Positions 41,438 through 50,043 of a DNA stretch of 50,043 nucleotides are shown piece after piece. The position numbers and the translations under genes were made by a program. Numbering within the stretch: the stretch's first letter is position 1; each line of letters starts with the position of its first letter. The notes beneath the pieces were generated by a model, which was given only the letters and a program-made list of their open reading frames with translations, was not told the origin of the DNA and searched no databases. This DNA is from a virus: IMG/VR virus record IMGVR_UViG_3300031088_000004; one strand, given 5' to 3'.

Positions 41438-44400
41438 TAGTTTCCTCCTCCCCGTCGATTGACTTCTTTTTGCGTGTTGTCGACGATCGTCCGTTGAACG
41501 TTTCGACCGAGTGCATCGAAATCAGCGTCTCGATCCATTGATTGAACGTTAACCGCAACAGGCATGTTCTTGATCTGGATAAACTGTGGTGATTGTTGCT
41601 GTGTGTTGAGATCAACTTGCGCGGCAGCGGCATTGATTTGAGCGTTGACGTCATATCCCGCACCAATGGAGCTCGCAATCATGCTTGTCGCAAGATCGTT
41701 CACGTTCCCACTGAATTCCGGAATGATGTCGACCTTCGCCCCACGACTGAAATCACCAGTCGCGGCATCGACCATGCCCGCTGTCTCGTCTTGAACACGT
41801 CCGACATTGTCATTGATACCAAGTGCGACCCCTTCAGGAATCCACTTCGCAAGCGCCCGCATGAGACGTGATGGTGAAGCAATGCCCATCGTCTTTTTGA
41901 AGGTACTCATGATGTCTCCGGCAAGGTCCCGAACGACGTCGAGCGCCTTCTTCGCTTTGCCACTCATCCCGCCAATGATTCCACCGATGACGTCCGCGCC
42001 CCAGCTGATAGCCTGACGAGCGAGTCCTGTGAAATAACGCTTAATTTTGCCGAATGTTCCTGAGATCGCGGATGCTGCACGACCAAGGTTTGATTTGATA
42101 TTGTTGTACACCGACCGGAATGCGTCTCTCGCGGTCCGGGCAATGTACGACATTGCCGATGAAAACGCGCGACGAACCCGACCTAGTACCTCAGACACGA
42201 TCCGCCCCACAGCAGACATCGCGTTGGACACCGCTTTTCGGATAGCCGAAAAGGCTGACGACGCTAATCGACGTAGGGTAGACATCGTGTCAGAAAAGAT
42301 TTTTCGAATACGAGAGAGCGCACCAGAGATTACCTTGCGCGTCGCTTCCATCAGATTCGAAGCAGTGCGTCGAATTGCATTAAACCCGGACGAAACGAGA
42401 CGTCGGAGGGTTGCCATGGAGTCCGAGAAAATCTTACGAATCCGGCTTAAAGCACCGGAGATCACCTTCCTCGTTGCCTCCATCAAATTTGTAGCAGTCC
42501 GGCGGATCGCGGAAAACGCTCCGGAAACCACCCGACGTACATTGGACATCGCATTACTGAAATTGCGCCGAATTTGGCTTAATGCGTTCACTATTCCTTT
42601 ACGTGTCCGCTCCATCCAGTTCCCAATAGATCGGTACATGGACGAAAACGCACTCGTTGTCGCCTTCTTCGCTGAACTCCAACCATTCAGGAAGGCGCGT
42701 CCTGCAAGGCGCAAGGCAGACGCAATGATTTTGCCGTAAGACCGAACGACAGTACCAATCGTCTTACCGACAGCTTTTAGTGCACGTGCTGCAAGGATTG
42801 GGAACCCCTTAAATATGCCCGTAAAGGCTTTTTTCAGGAATTCTCCGATCGGTCCTAGTGCTTTGACAAGATTCCCGAGCTGGTACGACCACGTTCGGTT
42901 TAATGAGCGGAGGTTCCGCCCCACCATGCCTTTGAAATCGCCCCACGCGTTGCTAAAACCGCGTTTCAGCTTTGGACCTAAGTTCGAAAACGCTGAGCCG
43001 ATGCCTGATAGTCCGGTTTTAAACCACGAAGCTATCTTACGACCGCCTTTTTTCGCCCCTGAAGCAATTGAATCCCAGTGCTCTACAATGTACTTTCCGA
43101 GCAATCCGAGAGGACCTAAGAGTGTCCCGAACAGCATTGATTTCCAATTTTTCGAGAAGTAATCGCCTATCTTACCGAAAATCTGCTTCGTTTTATCGAC
43201 AATTTCGTCCCAATACTTGTAGATCAAGTAACCGAGACCCGCGACAACCGCTACAATCGCCGCAATACCGAGTACCCATGGATTGGTTAGGAGCGGAAGA
43301 AGCATGGCTCCAAAGCGCCCTAGAACGCCACCGACACCACCGAGAGCACGTCCGATCAACGGACCCATCTTTCCAGCTGCTCCACCGATGCCCCCAAACG
43401 CTTTCTTAAGGAGACCGATCGCTCCGGTTGCCTTCCCTGCGTTGCCAGATAGTAACTTGAACGCGGATGACAGCAACCCAAGACCCGGAATCAGTTTCCC
43501 AAGCGCTCCTGTCATCATGCCGATTCCGACAGCGTACACGATATACTTCCCGGCTCCTGTTTCCATCAAGGAAGCAACAGCTTCGAGTATGACCGCCAAC
43601 GCTTCAAAGACCGGGAGAAGTACGTCCCCGAGAATTTGAGCGAGTTTGTCCATCATTTTTCCGAATCCTTCTGCTCCGGTTTGACCCGGTCCGGCGAAGG
43701 CTTCGATGATCACGTTTCCGATTCGCTTCACAGCGTCCCAGATTCGCGCTAAAACAGGCTCGAATTTGTCCCAGTTCTTATAGATCACCCATGAAAGAGC
43801 GGCAATCGTCGAAAGAATCGGGTTCATTTTCACGAATTGAACGAGGAATCCTCCAACCATGCCGGGTAAACCGCGTAGAGCGGACAAAATACCCGGTCCG
43901 AGCATCCGAAACATACGCGGAAGACCAGCAACCGCGTTTCGCGTCAAGATAAGGTTGTCGTACAGCATGCGCGCCTGTGGCGACATGACGACCATTCCTT
44001 TACCCGCGAAGCCTAGCGCTTGTCCTAGTGCTTGGAATAACCCCCTGTTCATCAGGAGGAATCCCGCAATAGGCGCCAGTACCCCAATGAGCACAAGTCC
44101 GGCTCCTCCGATCGCAATCATATGAGCGAGGAACGTTGCCATGCCTGGATTGTTGCGTAAGAACTCTGTCGCGGTGTCTGCCGCTGCGGATAAAGCGTCA
44201 GCAAGTTTGATGACGGTCGGCTCTAACGCTTTCCAAAGCTCGAGGAGGGATGTACCGAGCTTCCGGAAAGCCTTCTCGGACTTTGCTACTCCGTTATCAT
44301 CAAGACCGCTCACCATCTTCTCGTATGCGGTCATACCGTCTACCATTGTCTTGCCGTTTTTACGCCATGCGTCCTCGTTCTTATAGACATCTTTCGTGGC

Positions 44401-46359
44401 CGCTTGCAGGTCGCCTTGGTGTTTCTTCATGGCGAGTGCTAGGATGTCTGTCGCTTCTTTCTGCGTGACGCCTAAGTCCTTCGAAATCTTGTCGACTGCG
44501 GAAATCGCTTCAACAGCGTCAGTTCCCCACGCCTTTTTGAATTGAAGACCCCATTCAGCGGATTCCTTAATGTTCTCCTTAGTACGTCCCATCTGGTTAT
44601 GCAGGACGGAGAACAGCTCCCCGACTTCTTCAATCGACGTCCCTGTATCAGCGGACGTGTCCGCAATCAGGTTCTTGAAGTCTTTCATGTCCTCTGCTGC
44701 AGTAAGCGTCTGAGCTTCGAACTTGCCCCATCCTTTTTGTGCGGCATTGGCGACCGCTCCAAAGGCGACGGCAAGCGCTGCGACCGCTGGTGTGACAAAT
44801 TGGTTCAGCTGCATGCCGAACATTTGGTACTTCATCGCCAGCGCATTGATCTTCATCTTTTCTTCCGCTTTTGTCGTCTGCTTCCCGACAATTGCTTTAG
44901 CTGCGTTGTCTAGCGCTTCGTATGTCTTGTTCTGAAGGTAGGCAAGATCGCGGTTCGTGAACTGTTTGATTCGCCCTGCTAAGGCGTCCATAGCGTTATC
45001 GAACGGTTTATAGATGACGTCCTTACCAAAGAGCTTCCCTGCCTTGTAGCCATTCGCTTTCGCGATCACATCAACCGGGTTTGATTTCGCAAGTTCGGTC
45101 TTGTATCGCTTCAAGGCACGTTCGGCTTCTGCCATTTCCTCAACAAACTCATGCGAGTTCGCGGAGTTCTTCATTTCCTTCAATGCTTTTTCAGTCAGCT
45201 TGATTTGATCGCGGAGATTATCGAGACGAATATTCGCCATCGTATGCATCTGACCCTCAATGGCTTTGATTTCGGTCTTCGTGCGCCCGAATCCAAGTTG
45301 TGAGAGTTGTTTCCGCGCTGCCATGGCTCCCCGTTCGATTGCGCTGAACGTTGCCTGAAGCATGAGCATGTTCTTCGAGTCCGGGAAGTATTTGAACATC
45401 TCACTTCCCATGTCCAGTTGAATCGTTGCTCGTTTCAGCGCCGTTTGTGGCGTCAACTGCATAGCATAGCGGAGCATCCGTTGGTGATACGCCTGTAAAG
45501 CGCGGTTCGCACGATCAAGGTCGTACGTGAAGCGGTTTGTGTTTCGTGCTGCATACGCTCCGGATGCTCCGAGAGCGGTCATGGCTGCTGTTGTACCTAA
45601 GTAAGCGTTCGGATCATCAGCTGGCATCTGTCCGTATGGTTGATTCGGATATGATCCATCTGGTGGTCCGTTAGATTGAGGACCACCGCTTGGCGTTGTC
45701 TGCGGTCCCATGACTCCGGGATCGCCGGCTGTGTCATAAGTGGTCCGGACGATGCGGTTCACGTTTTCTGTAATGAATTGCTCGAGACGAATTACACGAT
45801 TCCGTAAACGATTCAGTGCATCGTCGAGCTTGGTCGCCATTCGTAATAGGTCGCCCATTACCGTACCAGCTTTACTTCCATCGACATCAACCCGGTATTG
45901 TTGCGCTGTGAGCGTGTCAGAAAGCGTCTGAGCGCGTTTCTGCATTTCCTCGAGTGTTTTCCGCGCCTTTTCTCCATCGAGGTCTATGGTGCCTTCTGGA
46001 CCGATAAACGAACGTTCGAGTTCTTCCGCTTGGTCGCGGAGGACCGTGAGTTCCTTTACAGCGGGATCCGTATCAAAATCAATCGATCCATTCGCTTTTA
46101 GATCGTCAAGCATGGCATTAAAGCTGTCCTTCACGCTTCGAATGTCTTCAAGCGCTTCTTTACTGTTGATTTCGATGTCCGGAGAAGCGGATAGACGGGA
46201 AATCGTTTCAAATGCTTTTTGAAAACGTTGTTCGAGTTTACTTGCTGTTTCTGCTCCGCGATTCTCGAGCTCGAACATGCCTTTGATTGCCTTCCCAAAG
46301 TCGACCGCGATTGTCCCTACCATCTCGAACATTTCTAAAATGTCGTTATTAGCTGCCAC
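41437..46359 (-). CDS. Tape measure protein (1640 aa)
   Basis: Supported by its length, coiled-coil N-terminus, central TM/Gly-rich block, helical repeat region, and position after the G/GT genes. GTG start after GGGGGTGA. Confidence 0.9.
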   Translation of the reverse strand: MAANNDILEMFEMVGTIAVDFGKAIKGMFELENRGAETASKLEQRFQKAFETISRLSASPDIEINSKEALEDIRSVKDSFNAMLDDLKANGSIDFDTDPAVKELTVLRDQAEELERSFIGPEGTIDLDGEKARKTLEEMQKRAQTLSDTLTAQQYRVDVDGSKAGTVMGDLLRMATKLDDALNRLRNRVIRLEQFITENVNRIVRTTYDTAGDPGVMGPQTTPSGGPQSNGPPDGSYPNQPYGQMPADDPNAYLGTTAAMTALGASGAYAARNTNRFTYDLDRANRALQAYHQRMLRYAMQLTPQTALKRATIQLDMGSEMFKYFPDSKNMLMLQATFSAIERGAMAARKQLSQLGFGRTKTEIKAIEGQMHTMANIRLDNLRDQIKLTEKALKEMKNSANSHEFVEEMAEAERALKRYKTELAKSNPVDVIAKANGYKAGKLFGKDVIYKPFDNAMDALAGRIKQFTNRDLAYLQNKTYEALDNAAKAIVGKQTTKAEEKMKINALAMKYQMFGMQLNQFVTPAVAALAVAFGAVANAAQKGWGKFEAQTLTAAEDMKDFKNLIADTSADTGTSIEEVGELFSVLHNQMGRTKENIKESAEWGLQFKKAWGTDAVEAISAVDKISKDLGVTQKEATDILALAMKKHQGDLQAATKDVYKNEDAWRKNGKTMVDGMTAYEKMVSGLDDNGVAKSEKAFRKLGTSLLELWKALEPTVIKLADALSAAADTATEFLRNNPGMATFLAHMIAIGGAGLVLIGVLAPIAGFLLMNRGLFQALGQALGFAGKGMVVMSPQARMLYDNLILTRNAVAGLPRMFRMLGPGILSALRGLPGMVGGFLVQFVKMNPILSTIAALSWVIYKNWDKFEPVLARIWDAVKRIGNVIIEAFAGPGQTGAEGFGKMMDKLAQILGDVLLPVFEALAVILEAVASLMETGAGKYIVYAVGIGMMTGALGKLIPGLGLLSSAFKLLSGNAGKATGAIGLLKKAFGGIGGAAGKMGPLIGRALGGVGGVLGRFGAMLLPLLTNPWVLGIAAIVAVVAGLGYLIYKYWDEIVDKTKQIFGKIGDYFSKNWKSMLFGTLLGPLGLLGKYIVEHWDSIASGAKKGGRKIASWFKTGLSGIGSAFSNLGPKLKRGFSNAWGDFKGMVGRNLRSLNRTWSYQLGNLVKALGPIGEFLKKAFTGIFKGFPILAARALKAVGKTIGTVVRSYGKIIASALRLAGRAFLNGWSSAKKATTSAFSSMYRSIGNWMERTRKGIVNALSQIRRNFSNAMSNVRRVVSGAFSAIRRTATNLMEATRKVISGALSRIRKIFSDSMATLRRLVSSGFNAIRRTASNLMEATRKVISGALSRIRKIFSDTMSTLRRLASSAFSAIRKAVSNAMSAVGRIVSEVLGRVRRAFSSAMSYIARTARDAFRSVYNNIKSNLGRAASAISGTFGKIKRYFTGLARQAISWGADVIGGIIGGMSGKAKKALDVVRDLAGDIMSTFKKTMGIASPSRLMRALAKWIPEGVALGINDNVGRVQDETAGMVDAATGDFSRGAKVDIIPEFSGNVNDLATSMIASSIGAGYDVNAQINAAAAQVDLNTQQQSPQFIQIKNMPVAVNVQSMDRDADFDALGRNVQRTIVDNTQKEVNRRGGGN

Positions 46360-46377
46360 ATCGTCACCCCCTCTCGT

Positions 46378-46827
46378 TTATGTAGTAAATTCGGTACCTT
46401 TCGAACTTGCGAAGAGATTGTCGATGTAATCGAGCGCTTCTTTCGCGGTGTTGACTTCGATTTCGTCCTTCTTGGTGGAACCATCTCCGAAGCCGTGTTG
46501 ATCCCAGAACTCGAGTAGTGAGATCATCTTCGCGTCTTTTCCTGCGACTAACCCTTTGATGGTCTCCGTTACTTTCCAAGCGACGAGTGAGTGTTGCTTG
46601 AACTGCATCTTGATTTCCTCTTGCTCGAGTTCAGCGGTGAGTTGACTCAGCTCCTTAAAGCGAGCGTAAGGAATGGATAAGACGTGCTCATCCGTATAGC
46701 CGTAACGACGCGAGATGCGGTCTATAGCGATCAGAATCTTTTTCGACTTTTCCTCTTCGGTTAGTTCAATGTCGCTTCCGGAGTCTTCTTCTCTTTCGGA
46801 AGTAGTCTTTTGATCGCCTTGAAAAAA
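46378..46827 (-). CDS. gpT-like -1 frame extension of the tail assembly chaperone (G-T fusion, ~305 aa)
   Basis: The -1 frame is open from 46857 to 46378 and overlaps the end of gpG. The slippery heptamer T TTT TTC lies at 46821-46827 in the gpG frame. Confidence 0.7.
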   Translation of the reverse strand, partial: FFQGDQKTTSEREEDSGSDIELTEEEKSKKILIAIDRISRRYGYTDEHVLSIPYARFKELSQLTAELEQEEIKMQFKQHSLVAWKVTETIKGLVAGKDAKMISLLEFWDQHGFGDGSTKKDEIEVNTAKEALDYIDNLFASSKGTEFTT

Positions 46828-47294
46828 GACTTGAGGTCCGGTGCTTTCACGATAGCTTCAATAATCTCGACAGCGACGTCTAATGGAATCGACTTTGTTT
46901 CTTCTTCCGGTAACCCAATAAGAGTAGCCAGTAACGGATAGACATCCTTTTCCGCGTCCTCGACGGACATGAAGAGGTTCAATGCCGTTTGAATCATGCG
47001 TTCCTGCCGCTCTTCTTCACGCGCCGCTTCTCCTGCTTTCCATTTAGCAAGACGTTCGTCATATAATAACTTCTCGTTTTCATCGAATTCTGCGATTTGT
47101 TCTTCTGTAAGCTGTACGAAATAGGAATCCGATTTGACGTCCATGTCGCGGATCATGCTCGAGAATTGATGAACGATACCCGCGCTTTTCAAGATACGAA
47201 TGAATTGAAAGGCATTTTGTAGACCAAGACGTTTGACCGTATGTTCCTTACCGTTAATTGTTACTTTTACTGGTTGATGAATTAAATTTTCCAT
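46761..47294 (-). CDS. Tail assembly chaperone (gpG-like)
   Basis: 177 aa and acidic, between the major tail and tape measure genes. RBS GAGGAGG. Confidence 0.75.
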   Translation of the reverse strand: MENLIHQPVKVTINGKEHTVKRLGLQNAFQFIRILKSAGIVHQFSSMIRDMDVKSDSYFVQLTEEQIAEFDENEKLLYDERLAKWKAGEAAREEERQERMIQTALNLFMSVEDAEKDVYPLLATLIGLPEEETKSIPLDVAVEIIEAIVKAPDLKSFFKAIKRLLPKEKKTPEATLN

Positions 47295-47372
47295 GTGTAG
47301 TGCCTCCTCGAGATAATTGAAATAGGAAGACCGCCCCTTGAAACGAGACGGTCTAGCTTATGCGTTTAGTGA

Positions 47373-48209
47373 TTAACCTTGTGTGATTGTGTAGTTGTAA
47401 TCGACAACAGCAGACGTTTGGAAACCTTCAACAGCCACTACACGAAGCGTTGTTGTCTTCGTGATGTCGATAGGGTTCTTATACTCGAATCCGTTGTTAG
47501 GCGAAGGATATGAACCATCTAGCGTATAGTAGGCTTTCGCTTGTCCTGTCACAGCAACTGTCACTTTTTGAGCTTCCGCGTACTCTCCTGCAGCTGGTGA
47601 GACAGCTGGTGCCGAAAGTGGAGAACCACCCTTTGGATAGAGGATGTAGAACGGAATTTTGGTCGGGTTTGCTGGATCGAACATACCTTCAAACTCCGTT
47701 TTCAGAACCACGTCATCTTTTCCGGTACCCATTGGAAGCTCGAGCGGATCTGTCGCTTGTGCATTTTCGATAACAATGACGATTGGATCCAGACTCCCGA
47801 CCTTTGCACCAAACAAAGCGACGTTTTGTGTCGGTGCCGGAGCAACGGAACCGTCATGTTCCAATTTGTCATAGCGCTCATTAAGGCTCGTTGATTTAAA
47901 AATGTTTAGCTTCATGAGTAAGTTTTCTTTCGATACCTCGAGTAAGTTTGTCGAAAGTTTAGACTCCGCTTTTGTTACCCAACGCATCCCTTTCACCTTT
48001 CCAAGTGCTCCGTCCGGCTCTGTATCGTGCCATTCAAGATCAAGGTTCGCTGTGTTTCCGCCCTTAGTAGCACCTAGCATGACGCCCCATGTTGCGCGGT
48101 CATCTGGATTGAAGATTGCTAAGTTAAATCCTTTTGTTAAAAGTCCCGGTCCAATCACTAAATTTTCAGCGGATCGTCCGTTTAATCCATTCATCATTTG
48201 ATAGCTCAT
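47373..48209 (-). CDS. Major tail protein with a C-terminal Ig-like (chitobiase/hexosaminidase C-terminal type) domain
   Basis: The ATG at 48209 lies 9 nt after GGAGGA. The C-terminus has SPAAGEY...AYYTLDGSYPS...Y..PI.I...TTLRVVA. Confidence 0.75.
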   Translation of the reverse strand: MSYQMMNGLNGRSAENLVIGPGLLTKGFNLAIFNPDDRATWGVMLGATKGGNTANLDLEWHDTEPDGALGKVKGMRWVTKAESKLSTNLLEVSKENLLMKLNIFKSTSLNERYDKLEHDGSVAPAPTQNVALFGAKVGSLDPIVIVIENAQATDPLELPMGTGKDDVVLKTEFEGMFDPANPTKIPFYILYPKGGSPLSAPAVSPAAGEYAEAQKVTVAVTGQAKAYYTLDGSYPSPNNGFEYKNPIDITKTTTLRVVAVEGFQTSAVVDYNYTITQG

Positions 48210-48238
48210 TAGTGTGTTTCCTCCTCTGTGTATTGTCG

Positions 48239-48703
48239 TCAATCGACAAGTAAATCATTTCGAACGTAATGAAGCTCGATTTTGACATTACGACATTTTA
48301 CTGACGGATCCGGCTGAGGAACGTTCAAAGCGGAGCGGACATATGACACCCGCGCCCCCGTTCCGATGCCATCCGGACTATCCGCGAAATGACGGTCTCG
48401 AAATAACTTTTCAATCTTGCCAGAAATCTCGATAGCCAGACTGCGGGTACCCTCAACGAAAATGTCTATAGAGACTAAGGCGTTGCCGAATAAGTTATTC
48501 GCTGCCATTGTGTCTGCCTCTTCGCGGAGGACGATGTACGGACGTCTCATGCCATCAGGAACGACGTCCTGAGCAATATTCGAGTACTCTCGTTCTTCAT
48601 AGGTATTCTCATCAAGCGCTTGATACGTCCCGAGAAGTTTTGTAATGCGCGGTTCCGCTTCAATGAGCTCCTGAACGATGTCCAATGAATAAAGGCGCGT
48701 CAT
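48239..48703 (-). CDS. Tail completion / terminator-like protein
   Basis: 154 aa, immediately upstream of the major tail gene. Assigned by synteny. Confidence 0.5.
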   Translation of the reverse strand: MTRLYSLDIVQELIEAEPRITKLLGTYQALDENTYEEREYSNIAQDVVPDGMRRPYIVLREEADTMAANNLFGNALVSIDIFVEGTRSLAIEISGKIEKLFRDRHFADSPDGIGTGARVSYVRSALNVPQPDPSVKCRNVKIELHYVRNDLLVD

Positions 48704-49221
48704 GTTCCACCTCGTTTCAACATTTCCTGTATATCGGCTTTCTTCAGGTGCCAGGTTGGTGCCATATACGGTCGTGCCTTCAAGTTGTGATAACGTCCTT
48801 CACGATCCTTTCCGACAAAACCGAATTCAAGCGCTTTGGCGTAAATAACATTGACCGGACCGACATACCCGCGATACATCTCATCTGTTTCCTCAAATTC
48901 GTACTGAAACGACGTTTTAAGTTGTCCGCGCAAGACAGCGGGTGGCGACCCCGGAGAGGACGCTTGATGCATCTTTGCTCCGACTAATTTCGTTACTGTC
49001 TGCTTATAACCGAGTTTGTTGGTGATCTGTACCTTTTCAAGACGACCTGTTTCCGGACGAATCGGGTACTTCTTCCCGGTCCCTTGTTGGTTGACGGTCT
49101 CGATCAATTCGTTTCGTAATTCCATCGTGGCTTTGACGACGTTCCGCTTAGCGCGGGCAATCAGTTCATGCTTCACTTCTTCGGTATGTGAGATCATTCG
49201 GAACGAGCTCGACACTTTCAT
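48700..49221 (-). CDS. HK97 gp10-family head-tail joining protein
   Basis: ...HQASSPGSPPAVLRGQLKTSF...GYVGP..VIYAKALEFG... pattern. Confidence 0.65.
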   Translation of the reverse strand: MKVSSSFRMISHTEEVKHELIARAKRNVVKATMELRNELIETVNQQGTGKKYPIRPETGRLEKVQITNKLGYKQTVTKLVGAKMHQASSPGSPPAVLRGQLKTSFQYEFEETDEMYRGYVGPVNVIYAKALEFGFVGKDREGRYHNLKARPYMAPTWHLKKADIQEMLKRGGT

Positions 49222-49223
49222 GT

Positions 49224-49703
49224 TTATGTCGCCCCCTTAATGACCAGCATTGTGGCTTCTCCCTTCGTGACGACTTCATAAGGGATGTCCATGAGCTTGA
49301 TCGGTGCTTCGTATGTGATGCCTTGCTTACCTGGATCAAGTGGCGTCTCCATCAGTTCATAGAGCTCGTCTCCATGCGGACCACCAACCTTCCCGCGAAT
49401 AACAGGAATGACACGATCAGCAGTCTTCCCTACTGGATCAAGCATCATGACGCGGAGCAAGGATTCAGATTCTTCTTGTCCATTCTCTAGCTGTATGTTG
49501 TTCAGGGATGCTCCTGAACGCGAAATCGTATAGAAATGCGCTTGGACGCGCCCGATCAGCTTGAAGTGTTCACCAAACTCGGTCTTGCCTCGTACCGCGA
49601 TTTTCTTGAAGACCAGTGCTTCGTCTTTCAAAAGTGATTTCGCTGTATTCAACATGACTTTCCGTCTCATTTTTTCAAGGCTTGCATTCGCTTTCCGTCT
49701 CAT
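49224..49703 (-). CDS. Head-closure / head-tail adaptor candidate
   Basis: 159 aa, between the connector and gp10-like genes; ATGA-coupled. Assigned by position only. Confidence 0.45.
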   Translation of the reverse strand: MRRKANASLEKMRRKVMLNTAKSLLKDEALVFKKIAVRGKTEFGEHFKLIGRVQAHFYTISRSGASLNNIQLENGQEESESLLRVMMLDPVGKTADRVIPVIRGKVGGPHGDELYELMETPLDPGKQGITYEAPIKLMDIPYEVVTKGEATMLVIKGAT

Positions 49704-50043
49704 CCGAGCGCCGACTTTCGATAAGGACGTAACAAGGCTTGGACATCATCCGGAATGTAGTCACTCGGACCACCGGTGGCGGAAAGAGCGGCTTTCATGT
49801 CGCCTAATTCGAACGATTTCAGCGCGGCTGTCGTGGCTGCTACTTCGCGTTCTGAGGCGTCTTCGTCGTCCGAATAGACGTACTTCACTAAATCGATGCA
49901 AGCACGCTCGAGATCAGGTGGTAGATTGCATAGACCTTCTTCCAATGCTTGCTGTGGTGTTAAGTAACCCGCTTCATACAACAAGCGACTTCGAGCGGGA
50001 AACGACTCGTAGATTACTCCGGATTCTTTGAAAAACGGATCTT
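49700..50043 (-). CDS. Head-tail connector protein (gp6-like), 3' part of the gene that starts at 371
   Basis: The open frame runs to the window edge, and 49917-50043 duplicates 1-127. Confidence 0.75.
   Translation of the reverse strand, partial: DPFFKESGVIYESFPARSRLLYEAGYLTPQQALEEGLCNLPPDLERACIDLVKYVYSDDEDASEREVAATTAALKSFELGDMKAALSATGGPSDYIPDDVQALLRPYRKSALG
49917..50043. repeat. Right copy of the exact 127-bp end duplication
   Basis: Identical to 1-127. Confidence 0.95.

Larger units (their letters stand above)
1..50043. mobile_element. Complete temperate siphovirus-type phage genome, circularly closed assembly (unit length 49,916 bp)
   Basis: Contiguous packaging, HK97-type head, tail, lysis, integrase, early/replication and methylase modules. 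Nt 1-127 equal nt 49917-50043. The RBS style and RecU, DnaD-like and LysM genes suggest a Gram-positive host. Confidence 0.9.

Noticed and set aside
42047-42739. 230-aa plus-strand ORF
   Set aside because: It is a shadow ORF antisense to the periodic Arg/Ser/Ala-rich repeat block of the tape measure gene. It has no RBS and low-complexity content.
47327-47354. Hairpin between the major tail and chaperone genes as an attenuating terminator
   Set aside because: It has only a 6-bp stem with a 15-nt loop and a poor U-tract, which is too weak to call.
1-50043. tRNA, tmRNA, rRNA genes or host flanking DNA
   Set aside because: I saw no cloverleaf-compatible segment with a GTTCGAATC-type T-arm in non-coding DNA. 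All non-coding gaps are under 800 bp and AT-rich or regulatory-looking. The end overlap shows there are no host flanks.

Overview
This window is a complete tailed-phage genome assembled as a circle. Nt 1-127 are identical to nt 49917-50043, so the non-redundant length is 49,916 bp. It looks like a temperate siphovirus of a Gram-positive (Bacillota-type) host: AGGAGG-type RBSs, RecU, a DnaD-like replication protein, an M15/LysM/PG-binding endolysin, and no tail sheath gene. All but one gene run on the minus strand; the exception is a large serine integrase. In transcription order the modules are as follows. (1) 25.3->7.9 kb: XRE regulator, SSB, two replication-organizer genes, RecU, many small ORFans and three DNA methyltransferases. 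(2) 7.8->7.3 kb: an AT-rich stand-alone moron. (3) 7.0 kb->0 and wrapping to 49.7 kb: TerS, TerL, a portal-MuF fusion, prohead protease, HK97-type capsid and connector. (4) 49.7->39.1 kb: tail genes, including a G/GT chaperone pair with a U UUU UUC -1 slip site, a 1640-aa tape measure, Dit and Tal. (5) 39.1->29.5 kb: about 9.6 kb of distal-tail ORFans. (6) Holin and endolysin. The most unusual signals are: 12 identical ACGATTCGT iterons encoded as x-T-N-R repeats inside a replication gene; a leader-ORF plus twin-hairpin attenuator-like structure ahead of one methylase; a promoter-to-terminator unit with no real ORF next to the att/integrase region; several perfect operator-like palindromes; and the uncharacterised paralog-containing distal-tail module. 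I saw no rRNA, tRNA, CRISPR array or reverse transcriptase. Family assignments rest on recognised motifs only; no searches were run.
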